Source: Parvularia atlantis
Lineage: Eukaryota
Assembly: GCA_943704415.1 (NCBI GenBank)
Contig: CALSCO010001326.1
Span: 1 to 64,000, forward strand
DNA length: 64,000 bases
Reading direction: 5' to 3'
This document shows, piece by piece, positions 1 to 13,095 of the stretch. The notes under the pieces were generated by a model, which worked only from the letters and a program-made list of their open reading frames with translations, did not search any database and had not been told where the DNA came from. The number at the start of each line of letters is the position of its first letter. Within the stretch, counting starts at the first letter, position 1. A program made the position numbers and the translations under genes.

Positions 1-93
1 GGGGGGCATGAGAGCACGGACGGGCGGTTGCTTTTTTCTTGCTGGCCCGACGCACGCGCGCGCACGCACGCAGAGCTCGACTTAGAGGACGGC

Positions 94-1176
<1,083 letters not shown>

Positions 1177-3069
1177 TCAAGGTCTAAGTAGTGCTGACAA
1201 AGCGAGCGCCACCGCTTCTGCCACAAGCGTCACATTGTGCTGCACGCGCCTGTCAGCGCTCGCACGCAGACAGCACGATAGCGGATGCGCAACGCACCTG
1301 CAGCACGTGCAGCCCCTGCAGCGACAGCACGACCACCTCCTTGACGCCGTCGCGCGTGATGTCGACGCTGCGCAGATTGTGCAGCGGGTGCGCAAAGCTG
1401 CGTCGCCAGACCAGCGCGAAGCCTGACACGCGCGTTATGCACGGCTGGCCAGCTGCTCGTCGCCCGCGCACCCTGCTCGCCCTGCTCGCGGTACAGCAGC
1501 AGCTGCCCGCCGTACGTCCCGACGAGGATGTCGCACGGGCTGAGGGCCGACGGCGGCAGGACGTGCGCGCACAGGATGCTGTCGTACTCGCCCGACTGCG
1601 GCAGCACGACCGCGTCGTCCAAGCCGCGCGCCAGTACCGACCTGCCGCGTGAGTCAGCGTTGCCGCCCACGCCGCCACTGACTGCCGCACCGGAACACCT
1701 GCGCGTCGCCCGACGCCGCCGTCACCAGCAGGCGCAGCTCGCCCTCGGGTTGCGCGGAAAAGTGCAGGCTCGTGACCGGCGCGTCAAACTGCAGCGTAAA
1801 CTGGCGGCGCGCGTCGCTCGTGGGCGCAGTGGCGGCGTCTGCCCAGCGGCCGTCAGCCCGCTGCTTGCACGGCCGCCGGCCGCACCAATTGTCACGAGCA
1901 GTGTCCCGTCCTGGCACGCGATCGCGCTCACGCTGCGGTCGCCGATGTACGCCACGCGCGTCGACAGCGCCCTGCGCCGCGGCGCCGGGTCAGCACGTCC
2001 CGAGGCACCGCCGCGACGCGGGCGCGTGCAACCGGCTCGGCAGGCCGTCAAACTCCGGGAAGGCGGCCTGCACCGAGATCTCCTGGAACGTGCGCTGCTT
2101 GGGATTCTGCCGCGCACGCACGAGTGCGCAGTGAGACATCGCACGCTGCGTCCTGACGCGCCGCACCATCGCAAAGACGTGCACACGGTTATCGCTGCCC
2201 GTGAGCAGGAACACGGTCTGGAACGCGTCTGTGCCGTTGAGCGGGAGCCTGCCGGGCAGTGAGTACCGCCCAGCACGCGCTCGCACACTGCTCACACCGC
2301 GCGTGCGACAGCTGCAGCGGGCAGAACGACAGCTCGATTGACTGGCAGTCGCCTGCGGCGCGCGCGTTTAGCCTCGGCGCGCGGGCGAGGGCTGGTGCGC
2401 GTACCGCCCACGCGCTCGATGTCGATCAGCGGCGGCTGGTGGCTCAGCGTCGCGCCGTAGATGTTGAGCGAGTACGTGTCGGGCACGTCGCCCTGCGACA
2501 GCTGCAGCAGGACGGCGTCAGCCTCGCCGCGCCATTGCGCTGGACGCGCCTTGACGACGGCCATCCCGACGAGCACGACGGTCTCGCCACCGGGCACGCG
2601 CTGCTGGTGCGCGTCGATCGAGACAATCTCGGCCTCGGCTGCGGCGGTCCCCGGTCAGCCCGCGCCCCGCCCCGCGCCTCGCGTCCCTGCGCGCGCACCC
2701 GGCACGTAGCTGAACAGCACCTCGGCGCGGCGCCAGCGCACGGCGCCGACGTCGTAGTGGATCGCGGTGATCTTGGCCGTCGCGTCGGCCACTTGCGTCG
2801 TGACAAGCAGCATGGGCGCGTACGCGTCGACGGCTGCGCGCGCGCGTCCGCCCACCAGTCAGCATCGTCGCCATCGCATCGCAGTCGCCATCCTCGCCTC
2901 GTCTCCGCCGTGCGCGCGGCCGCTCGCCCGGCCCGTCGCCCGCGTCACCCGCCTCGCCCGGATCGCTCTCGCCGTGCTCGCCCGGGCACGGCACGACCGC
3001 GAGGCTGTAGACGTTGGTGCGCGCGGGCAGGCGCCAGGCCTGTGCCTCGTCGAAGACCTCCTTGTCCAT
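1177..3069 (-). CDS. KPTN: Kaptin (KICSTOR complex subunit) homolog, multi-exon
   Basis: Exon pieces are collinear with kaptin as I recall it: [129 protein letters not shown]. Confidence 0.85.
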
Positions 3070-3137
3070 AATTGTGCAATGGGTGTGGCGGCGGCCCTGA
3101 ACGCTGACGCGCGCCACCGTCGGCGGCAGATACAGCG

Positions 3138-5147
3138 ATGGCCTCGGCCGCGGCGGCGCCCGTGCAGGCGGTGCCGACGGGCGCGGCGCTGCCGACGACG
3201 GTCGAGATCGAGGACGACGCGCTGCTCGTGACCAAGGCGCGCCTGGACGGCACCGTGCACGCCGTCATCGTCACGCCGCGGGTGATCCGCTGCGTCGCCT
3301 TTGACCGCCGCCAGGGTGCGCGCGCAACGGCCTCGCGGCGTGGCGCGAGGTGCCGCATGCCGATGCCCACGGCGCAGAGCTCGTCGTGCACATGCCCAAC
3401 GTCTACGGCGTTGAGAAGCGCACACGCAACGGCCGGCACTCTGTCGTCGTGTACACGTACGTGCCGCACGGGCGCGACCCCAAGCTGGGCGACCCCAGGC
3501 GCGGCGTCGACGCGACGTGCGGATTCAAGAGTGACTTTGAGTTTGTCGTCGCGGGTGAGGACGAGCAGAACGAGTGGCTGGACGCGGTCCGCAGCGCTAT
3601 CGTGCTGTCGCTCGGTGCAGCACTCGGCAGACGCACGGCTCGCCGCTGATCGCCGCCCTGTCGCCGCCCAGGGCTGCCGATCGAGCACCACCGGCGGTAT
3701 CTGATTCTCATCAACCCGTTTGGCGGCAAGCGCACGGCCAAGAAGATCTACAACACCAAGGTGCGCGTGGCGACGGCGGCGCGGCCTTGCTGAGCCGTCC
3801 GGGCCGGGCCGCAGATTTGGCCCATGCTGTGCGTGGCCGGCGTCGAGGTCGAGACGATCTGTGCGTGCGCCGCGCTGCCCGATGGCGCGCCGCTGAGCCT
3901 CGTTGCGCACGCCGCCGCCAGTCACGACGCACGCGAGCCACGCGATCGAGATCGGGCGCGCGCTCGAGCTGGGCAAGTACGACGTCGTTGCCACCGTCTC
4001 TGGCGACGGTCTGTTGTTTCAGCTGCTCAACGGGCTGATGGACCGGCCGGACTGGGCGCGGGCGATCCAGCAGTCGCTCGGCATTGTGCGCGTGCGCCCC
4101 AGTGAGGCCGCGCCGCCCTTCTTACGCGAGCCGCGCGCCCAGCTGCCCGGCGGCAGCTCCAACGCGCAGACCAAGAACCTCGACTGCGAGACGGCCGAGG
4201 CGGCCACGTTCAACATCCTGCGCGGCGTCCCGCGCCCGATCGACATCATGGCCGTGCACCAGGGCGGCAAGACGCACTTTGCTCACCTCTCGCTCACGCA
4301 CGGGCTCATTGCCGACATCGACGTGGGCTCGGACCGGTTCCGGTGCGTGAAGCGTGCACGCGCCCGATCGCCGCGGTGCCCTTGACCCTGGCGCCGCCGC
4401 CACCACCAGCTTCATGGGCCCGGCGCGCATGACCCTCGCGGCGCTCGCGCAGCTCATGGCTCTGCCGCGCTACCCGGTCAAGGTCGCGTACAAGCCCGCG
4501 CCCACGCGCTTCTCCACGTCCAACCCGGAGCGCGTGGCCGACGTCGATTACGCGTCGCAGCCGCGGCCCGTGTTCAAGCACGCCAACGTGACGTTTGACG
4601 CGTGCGTGCGCCGCCGGTGCCGCTGCGGCCGCTGCTGCTCAGAGAGCCCCGTACGCGCGCGCGCACAGCTTGCCGCCCGGCTGGGTCAAGCGCGAGACGT
4701 CCGTGACCAAGCTGACCGTCTCCAACTCGCCCTACCTCGACCAGGAGTTCCTCACGTGCCCGATGGCCGACATGTCCGACGGCTACGCCGACCTGATGTT
4801 GATCGAGGGCACGAGCACGCGGCACATCACACCGTACTTTCTCGAGATCGAGAAGGGCACGCTCGCGTTTGCGCCGTTTGTCGAGTACTTTCAGGTTCGC
4901 GGCCAGCGGAGCGCGAGGGCTGGCGGCTGACGTGCGCGCGCGCGCGCGCGCGCAGATTGAGGCGCTGCACCTCGAGCCTACGAGCGGGCTCATCGCGGTC
5001 GACGGCGAGCTCATCAAGACTGAGCCGGTCACGCTCGAGGTCCTGCCGCGGCTCGCGCGCTTCGTGGCCCCGCCAGACCTCGCCATGCCGCGCTGGACCG
5101 CCCCGCCGGCCGGGCAGCCGCTGACGCTCCAGCACCAGGTCGGGTGA
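3138..5147 (+). CDS. SPHK: Sphingosine/long-chain base kinase (DAGK catalytic family), multi-exon
   Basis: Motifs YLILINPFGGKRTA, TTHASHAIEI, VATVSGDGLLFQLLNGLMDRPDW, LPGGSSNA, HGLIADIDVGSDRFR, IAVDGELI. Confidence 0.88.
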
Positions 5148-5205
5148 GCGGCCCGCAAATACTCTCTTGCAATGCAACACGCGAAATGCCCAGGCTGCCG
5201 CTCGC

Positions 5206-6229
5206 TCACAACGACGACGAGGCCGCGCCGACGCCGGCGTCGGGTGGTGGCAGCCCCTGTGCGTTGCGGAACAGGCTCATGGGCCGCACCGAGCCGCGCT
5301 GCGGCGGGAGGTACTGCGCGCAGCGGAGTGTGGGCACGCACACGAGAAGGCGCAGGCGGCGAGCGCACCTCGCGCTGCAGATCGGTCTTGCCGCCGTCCG
5401 TGTTGCCCGCGACCTGGCGCGCGTAGCGCGATCAGCAAGGAGAGTGCGCACGAGCGCACAGCAAAGAGCGCGCGCGCACGGCCAGGCTCGCGACGGCGAG
5501 GCGCGCGATCGCCTGCTGGGTCGGGTAGAGGGTGCGGAGGGCGGCAAACTCGTCCAGCGGCATCCAGCGGCACTCGTCAATCTCGCGCGGGTCGATGGCG
5601 ATCGCCGTGGCGACGGGCCGCAGGCGCACGACAAAGTACAGGTCGGTGCAGCCCCAGAGGTACTCGTGCTTCTCGCGGAAGCACATGATGCTGACGTAGT
5701 CGGTCGCGATCCCGGTCTCCTCGAGCACCTCGCGCTGCGCCGCGGTGACGATGTCCTCACCCGGGTTGGCCAGCCCGCCGGGGATCTTCCCTGCACACGA
5801 GGCGATGTGTCAGCGATGCCTCACGCCGGCCTCTGATCGCCCGCGCGCACAGCGATCGGGCGCGTCGGCGTAGCGCTCCTTGACGACGAGGATGCGCCCC
5901 TCGTGCAGGACGACGGCGGCGCACCCGACGTAGTGCGTGGCGTAGCCGGGCAGCTTGCTCTCCTCGTCGGCCGGGAGCCAGCGCGTGAGCATGACGTAGT
6001 CGGGCCGGGCGTGGTGGTACGCGAAGCCGAGCTCGACGGCGACGGGCACGAGCGCGGCGCGGGCGATCGGCAGGCGCAGCCACAGCCCGCGGCGCCCGTC
6101 GGCCTGCCAGCGCGCGATCGACGCCACGAGGCGCGCGCGGAACACGTCCGGCTCGGCGGGCAGGTGCGCCGGATCGACCGTCACGCCCTTGTACGCGTCC
6201 GATGTGCCCAAGAGCGGCGCGCTGTCCAT
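5206..6229 (-). CDS. Nudix hydrolase, NUDT6/AtNUDT2-like
   Basis: Pre-nudix N-domain (DAYKGVTV, GFAYHHARPDYVMLTRWLP, LPGYATHYVGC) followed by the spliced Nudix box WKIPGGLANPGEDIVTAAQREVLEETGI. The last exon is less certain. Confidence 0.88.
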
Positions 6230-6293
6230 ATGTACCAGTCGCAGTAAGAGTCAAGGGACACCGCGAGTAGATACATAGGGTTTCGGGCGAACG

Positions 6294-8444
6294 ATGCGCC
6301 GCGCCGTGCTCGTCGTCGACGCGGGCGACGCGCCGGCGGTGCGCGACGTCGCTTCTCCGTGCGCGTCGCGGGCTGACGCGCCGCCGGGGCTGCAGGGCAC
6401 GCGCGTGCTCGTCCTGCGCGACGCCGACGCCGACGGGCGCGTGCGCGTCGCGCTCAAGTGGGCCGACGGCGACGTGTCACGCACGGTGATCGCACGCCGG
6501 CCGCCTCGCATGTCGGGGCCGTGCTGACTGGGCCGCGCACGCCGCAGGACGCAGACGACAACGGCGACAACGGTGCCGTCACGCTCGACGCGGCCGCCGT
6601 GCGCCTGCTTGACGACGACGAGATGCCCGACTTTGTCGCGCCGCCGCCGCAGCGCGCCGCGGCCAACGGCGACGCGGCGCACGCCGAGGCCGAGGCCGCC
6701 GGGTCGTCGGCGTCGTCGGCCGCGCCGCCGGCCGCGCCGCCCGCCAAGTCGCCGCAGACCGAGCGCGAGCGCATCGACGAGGTGATGGCGACGCAGCAGT
6801 GGAAGGGCGCCAAGGCCGACGCCGGCGCGGGCGCGGGGGCGCTCGAGGCCGACGAGGACGGCGGCAGCGCGGCCGGCGACCTGACCGACCTCGGCGCGCC
6901 CAAACGCATCGCGCTCGACGCGACCAACACGGACGAGTACGGCTTTGAGAGCACGTCGGCCAACGCGGCCGATCCCGCAGCCACGTGCGTCGCGGCGTCG
7001 CATCCGCACGCGCATCCGTGACTCACAGCGCACGGCACACGGCACACGGCGCACGGCGCAGGCTCACGCCCGAGAAGATCCGCGAGCGCACGCAAAAGTG
7101 GGTCGACATGCTCCGCGGCAAGAGCCCCAAGCCCGGCAGCCCGATGTTTGTGCCGGAGCAGTGGGACAAGTTCTACCGCACCAACAAGCGCAAGGTGCGC
7201 CCGCGGCGCCCGCCAAGACGCGCGCTGAGATGCGCCGGCCCCCAGGTCATCGAGCGGTGCCGCAAGGGCATCCCGCGGCCCGTGCGCGGCCTGGCCTGGT
7301 ACGCCATGTCGGGCGCGGCTGCGCTCAAGGCCGAGTTAGTGTCCAAGGTGAAGGACTACAACAGCGACCGCTTCGACGTGCGTGCGGCGGCGGCTGTGCG
7401 CGCATGGACGGTGGCCAACAGGCGCCGCGCACACCAGGCGCACTTTGTCGTCCAGGGCGAGAAGTGGGAGATCCTCGACGTGATCGACCGCGACCTCGAC
7501 CGCTGCTACCCGAACCACGTCCAGTTCCGCAACACGAAGGACAAGGGGTGCGTGTGTGTGCGCGCGCGCGCGCGCACGGTGTACTGTGCGCCTCAACTAG
7601 CGCGCAGGCAAACCGACCTCGAGCGCGTGCTCAAGGCCTACGCCTTCTACAACCGCCCGATCGGTTACTGCCAGGGCATGGGCATGGTCGCGGGCATGAT
7701 GCTCATGCACTTGTCGGCCGAGGTGCGCGCGGCGGATGCGCGCGGCGGGGCACTGAGCGCTGCGGGAACCCGCAGGAGACGTTCTGGCTGCTCGCGGCCA
7801 CGCTCGACAAGGAGATGTACACCAAGAACTTTTTCGACGCCCAGCTGTCGCAGATCAAGCGCATCGCGACCGTCTTCTCGAGCCTGCTGCACGGGCGGTT
7901 GCCCAAGCTGGCCGCGCACCTGGTGCGCGAGTGCCGGTGCGCGTGGGGCCGCTGACGCCGCTCGCCGCGGCGGTAGGACGCCAACTTTCTCGAGCCGCTC
8001 ATGTACGTCACGCCGTGGTTCATGACGCTGTTCACGGTGCGCACACCCGCGCCCGCGCGCGCCCACACGCATGCGCACGCTCACGGCTGCGGCAGACGAC
8101 GCTGCCGTGGTCCACGGCGCTGCGCGTGTGGGACATGTTTTACTGCGAGGGCGAGCGTGTGCTGCTGCAGGTGGCCCTCGCAATCATGACCGTGCACGCG
8201 GGTGCGCCTGTGCTCGGCAAGGCAACGCGCATGCACGCCGCTCAGCACCACCGCCGCAGACCACATGCTCAAGGAGTGCCCGTCGCTGCAGGAGCTGCTG
8301 CAGTTCTTGCTGCACCTGCCAGACGATAAGCTGCAGCCGAGCAAGCTGCTGCCCGTGGTCGACACGATCGTGATCAAGGACAGCGAGCTCGTGGCGCTGC
8401 ACAAGGATGTGAACCAGGTCGTGCTGGCCGGGAAGAAGCGGTGA
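6294..8444 (+). CDS. TBC-domain Rab GTPase-activating protein (TBC1D10/EVI5-like)
   Basis: RKGIPRPVRGLAW, IDRDLDRCYP (R-finger), IGYCQGMGMVAG (Q-finger), ETFWLL, YVTPWFMTLF, LRVWDMFYCEG. The N-terminal exons are approximate. Confidence 0.88.
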
Positions 8445-8631
8445 GCGCGCGCGCGCGCGAGCGAGCGAGCGAGCGGGTCTGTGCGCGTGTGTGTGTGTGC
8501 ATGGTTGCCGTGTTGCGGATTGCGTTCAAAAGGTCGGCTCGAGGTCGAGGTCGAGGTCGAGGTCAGCAGCACAGAGATGCGCACGTCCAGAAAGTACAGC
8601 AGGATGTACGCCCTTTTCGAGCGTCAAAGCC

Positions 8632-9048
8632 ATGGTACCCGCCCAACACCTTGACCCGCTGGCACGCGCTGCAACCCCACCCGCCCCACCGCGCACTACA
8701 CACACCGCACACGCGCACTCACCGCTCCGCACGGATGGATGGATGGGATGGATGGAATGGATGGGTTGGGGCAAGCCGGGCGACCGCGCGCACGTCGTTC
8801 GGCGCGAATTCACGCCACCCGCGCGCGCTCGCGTGCCAGGCGGCCCACAAGACGCTCAAGGTGAAGAAGATCCTGGGCAAGAAGCAGCGCCAGAACCGGC
8901 CGCTGCCGCAGTGGATCCGCTTCCGCACGGGCTCGACGATCAAGTGCGTGGCGCCGCGACCGTGCGCATGCTCGCTGCTCACGCCTTGCTTGCGCGCAGG
9001 TACAACGCCAAGCGGCGTCACTGGCGCCGGACCAAGCTCAACCTGTGA
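8632..9048 (+). CDS. RPL39: 60S ribosomal protein L39 (eL39), 3 exons, first exon ATG only
   Basis: ATG(8632-8634), intron 8635-8839, then AAHKTLKVKKILGKKQRQNRPLPQWIRFRTGSTIK, intron, YNAKRRHWRRTKLNL*. Confidence 0.95.
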   Translation: MVPAQHLDPLARAATPPAPPRTTHTAHAHSPLRTDGWMGWMEWMGWGKPGDRAHVVRREFTPPARARVPGGPQDAQGEEDPGQEAAPEPAAAAVDPLPHGLDDQVRGAATVRMLAAHALLARRYNAKRRHWRRTKLNL

Positions 9049-9110
9049 GCGCCCCCGCCCGCACAGCAGCCTCTGTCTGCGTGTGTGTGCCCGCGTTTGC
9101 CCGTGGACCG

Positions 9111-9193
9111 CTCGCCACAGCGCGCAAACTACGTCTCGCCTCTCACGTGCCTCGCCACAGCGCGCAAAACTGGCTCGCCACAGCGCGCAAACT
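9111..9193. repeat. Three near-perfect copies of the 20-mer CTCGCCACAGCGCGCAAACT
   Basis: Copies at 9111-9130, 9151-9171 (one extra A) and 9174-9193, between the convergent RPL39 and VPS26 stops. Confidence 0.85.
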
Positions 9194-9364
9194 GCGCACG
9201 ACTGTCGTTCTACGCCGGCCGGGGCGGGGACAGAACACAGGGGGAGGCCGCGGGAGGAGGGCGGAGGGGCAGATGAACGGACTGCGAGCAAACAGAGCCG
9301 AGGGACGACAGCGCGGAGAGGGGGTTGAGAGGGCGGAAAGAACGGGTTGCGAGAGAGGGCGGCC

Positions 9365-10707
9365 TTACATCTGAGCCATCTGCTCCTGCGTGTTGGCCGT
9401 CTCGTACGAGTTGACGGTCGCGTTCTGCGCGCGCCAGAGCGTGATCTCCTGCTGCTTAAAGTAGCGCCGGTCCTCCTGCACCGCGCCGCCGTCGTCAGCG
9501 TGATGCGCGCGAGCGTGCGCGACCGCACACCTGGTCGATCAGGACGAGGTTGAGGTAGTAGCGCACGGAGAACTTTTTGTTGACCTCCTTGAAGGTCGGC
9601 GTAAGCTCGAACCCGTTGAGGAAGAGGCGCACGGGGATGCACTCGCCTGCGCCACGTCTCAGTGCGCAGGCAAACGACTGACGGCAGCGGCGGCCACGCA
9701 CCGCGCACGGGCGAGCCGTCCATGATCTCAAACTTGGCCACGGTCTCGCTCTCGTTGTACAGGTTGGGGCCTGAGCCGGTTGTTTCCCGCTGCGCGATGC
9801 GCATGAGTACGTGTGGCCCCCCCAACGCCACTTAGCACCTTGATGATCGAGATCTCCATCCGCTGGATCTTGATGCGCACGAGCAGGAAGTAGATCTTGC
9901 CGACGATGACGTCCCGCAGCGAGTACTTGGACTTGTTGTACTCAAACTCGATGTGCAGGCAGCCCTCGATGCCGACCTGTTCCACGCGGTCAGCGCGCCT
10001 GCGCCGCGCAAAAAAACAGCCACACGCGCCTCCATCTTGATCGAGTGGTTGATCTCGGGCTGCGTCGTGTACCGATGCACCCACACCTCCTTCTCCTGGA
10101 CGACGTCGGCGAATCGCCTGCTGATCGTCACGCGCACAAAGTACCGCAGCCGCACGTTGATGCCGTTGTAGCTCTCAAACAGCAGCTCGACCTAGGCCGC
10201 CGGGTGTCAGCGGCCCGCCGCCGCCACGCATGCGCCCGCGCACGTTGGGGAAGTTGAAGTCAAACTCGGTCGACTTGAGCAGCGCGCCGGCTGGCGCGAG
10301 CTCCTGCACGAGCGTGGTGAAATCGTTGTTGTTACCCCGGTCGTAGTACAGCTCGATCTGCCCGATAAACTCGACCTGGGCGACGGGCGGTGTGAGCGGC
10401 GGGGCGCGCCCGGGGCGGCGGGCGGGTGATGCCGCACCTTGATCCCGTTGTGCTCGAGCTTCTTCGCGTCCTTGATGTTGACCAGCACCTTGCCCGTGAT
10501 CGATTCGCCGTCGTTGTACAGCAACCGCTTAACCTGCGTTGTGTGTGTGGGGGGGGTCTCAGCGCCGCCTGTCGTGCGCCGCGCCGCCTCCACCTTCTGC
10601 TTGTCCTGCTTGATCTCGACCTTCTTGCGGCTGTCGCTGTCGGCAAAGTCGATCACGACGTCGGCCGCCGTGCCCATGAGCATGTTGAGGCCCGGCACGA
10701 GACTCAT
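9365..10707 (-). CDS. VPS26: Retromer subunit VPS26, multi-exon
   Basis: [117 protein letters not shown]. Confidence 0.96.
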
Positions 10708-11141
10708 TTCCGCCCTCGCCCGCGTCGGTTCCGGTGATGGCGTGCGGCGGTCCTGCGCGGGGGCAACGAGTGCTGAGCAAGCGTGATGGGCGTGCGCCGC
10801 GCACGCCGCCCAGCCCGCCTCCCTCCCGCGACCGCGCCAAACCCGCTCGCAGCCGTAGCACCCGCAGCACCCGCCGCCCGCCCACGGCGCGGCTCGCGAC
10901 GGGGGCCGCGGCCCGCGAGCGGTGCGCGCGCGAGACGACAGAGTCGGGCGCCGTCACGAGGCACTGGAAGTCTCGAGAACGTTCGAGAGCGGCGCGATGG
11001 ATCCTAGAGCAACGCGGCCGAGTTGGGCGCTACAGTCACGAGCCCGGGCGTTGTGGTCGTTGTCAGCCGTTCCGGCCGCTCAGGAAGCGCGGGCTCACTG
11101 GCTGGCACTGGCTCAACCCAGCATGCACAGCGCTCGCTCAA

Positions 11142-12947
11142 TCACGCGCCGTCCACCCTTGCCCGTGCCTCGGCCTCGTCCTCCTCCTCGGCCTCGGCCA
11201 GCCAGTTGACAAAGGGCTGCAGCTGGCTCACGAGCAGGGCTGCGCACGTCACGCGCGCGCACGCGTGAGCAGGTGCCGCCGCGACATCACGCGCGCCGCA
11301 CCTTTGCCCTTGTTGACCGCGCCCTTGGTGTGCCAGTACACGACCGCGTTCTCCGTGACGACGTCGAGCTGGTACAGGATCTGCACAAGCTTGGCAAAGA
11401 TTTTGGTGATCCGCGCGTCCTCGTAGCAGTGCACCTGGAGCTATTGCACGCGCGCCCGGTTCAGCGCAGAGCCGCACCACGCACGCGACGCTCGCCACAC
11501 CTTGCGCATCACGGCCATCTCGCACTTGGCGTTGTTGGAGAACGCCGCCAGCACCTTGGACCACTCGCGTACGTGCTTCATGCACTGTGCGTGACCGGCT
11601 GAGCGACGCAGAGGCCGACACGCAGCGTGCACGCACCACCGACTCGCACAGCTCGGGCTTGCGCGGCCACTCGATCGCCTTCATCAGCGCGTCAAGCACG
11701 ACCTCGACTACCTCGACGTCGCCCAGGGACGACTTTTGCGCCTGCTGCTTGATGTACAAGATGATCTGCGCAGCGCACCCCGCGGGTCGTCAGCGCGCGG
11801 ACACACATGCACGGTGCGCACGCACGTCGCTGTGCGGCGTCGTGCTCTGGATCATCTCGACGACGCTGTCGCGGATCTCCTCGCGCGCCTTGACCGACAG
11901 CTTACGCATGTGGTACTTGACGAGCTGCGCGCGGGGGTGTGGCGTTGTCAGGGCGCGACTCAGGCCCGCCACAGCCGGGCGCGCACATCCTCCAGGCCCT
12001 CGGCGTTGAAGTGCCGGCAGAAGAACTCGGTCGTGCGCTTGTTGGGCGGGAAAAAGTCGACCAGCTACGCGTCGCGCGTCGTCCGTGAGCCACGCCGCAC
12101 GCATAGGCGAGAGAGCACGGGGGCCAGCCACACCTTGTCCTCCAGCCCGTTCTTCTTGATGTTGGCGCTCAAGTGCTCGACCGAGTTGTCCTTGAGGTAT
12201 GTCCGGAACACGGTCGTCACAAACTGCAGCGAGATGCCTGCGCAGGCGCCTGAGCGCGCCGCGGTGGCAGCGCCCGAGCGCGCGCGCACGCACCCTCCTT
12301 GACCAGGTGGTCGGAGAAGATGCCGTTGAGCAGCATGAGCGGGCACATCTGCGACGCAAACATGACGGCGCAGGCCATCGCGAGCTTGTTGACGTCGGCG
12401 GGCGAGAAGCGGTTGATGAACCGGAGCATCTTTGACACGTTGTCCTCGTAGCTCTTCTGCAGGTAGCTGCAGCCCGGCACGCGCGCGCGCGCAAGCACGG
12501 CGTCAGCACGGGCAAGGATGGGTAGGTGGTGATCGCGGCCGCACCGGAAGCGCCGCACGAGCTGGTTGAACACCTCGACCGTCTTCTTGATGCTGTCGAT
12601 GTTGTCGTCCGTCTTGAACACGCAGAACGGGCTCAGCTCCATGTCCTTCTCGCTGTACTCGCCGCCGGCGCCGAGCATGCCGCCCGTGAAAAGCACGTCA
12701 AACAGCACCTCGCCGTAGCTCTTGTAGTTGAGCTGGTGCGCGCGCGCGGTGTCACGCACGAGCGCACGCACGCGGCCCACGGCGCGTAGCGCACCTTGTC
12801 GTCCAGCGTCGTCAGGTGCGCCGACACGGCCTCGGGGCCCTGCGCCGCGACCGAGGCGATCTCGGCGATGAGCTCCTCGGCAAACTCGGTCGGCTCGTAC
12901 TTGGTCTTGATGTCCTTCTTCCGCGTGCGGATTTTCGTGGCGGCCAT
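11142..12947 (-). CDS. BZW: eIF5-mimic protein (BZW/5MP, W2 domain)
   Basis: KIRTRKKDIKTKYEP, LNYKSYGEVLFDVLFTGGML, VFNQLVRRF.YLQK, FFPPNKRT, HCYEDARITKIF, LYQLDVVTENAVVYWHTKG, FVNWLAEAEEE. The exact 3' end is uncertain. Confidence 0.92.
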
Positions 12948-13095
12948 GGCGTGCGGGCGGTCGGGCGGCGGTGGCGGGCGCGGCTCTCTGCGCGGTGCCG
13001 CGGGGTCAGCGCACGCAGAGGACCGACCGGGACGCGCGAGAGGCAGAAGGCGCGTGGCATAATTTCGCCCGATCGCACATCAGGCACACCCCAGC

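Noticed and set aside
9111..9193. Possible CRISPR array
   Set aside because: Only three 20-nt repeats with 20-nt and 2-nt spacers, in a eukaryotic context with no cas genes.
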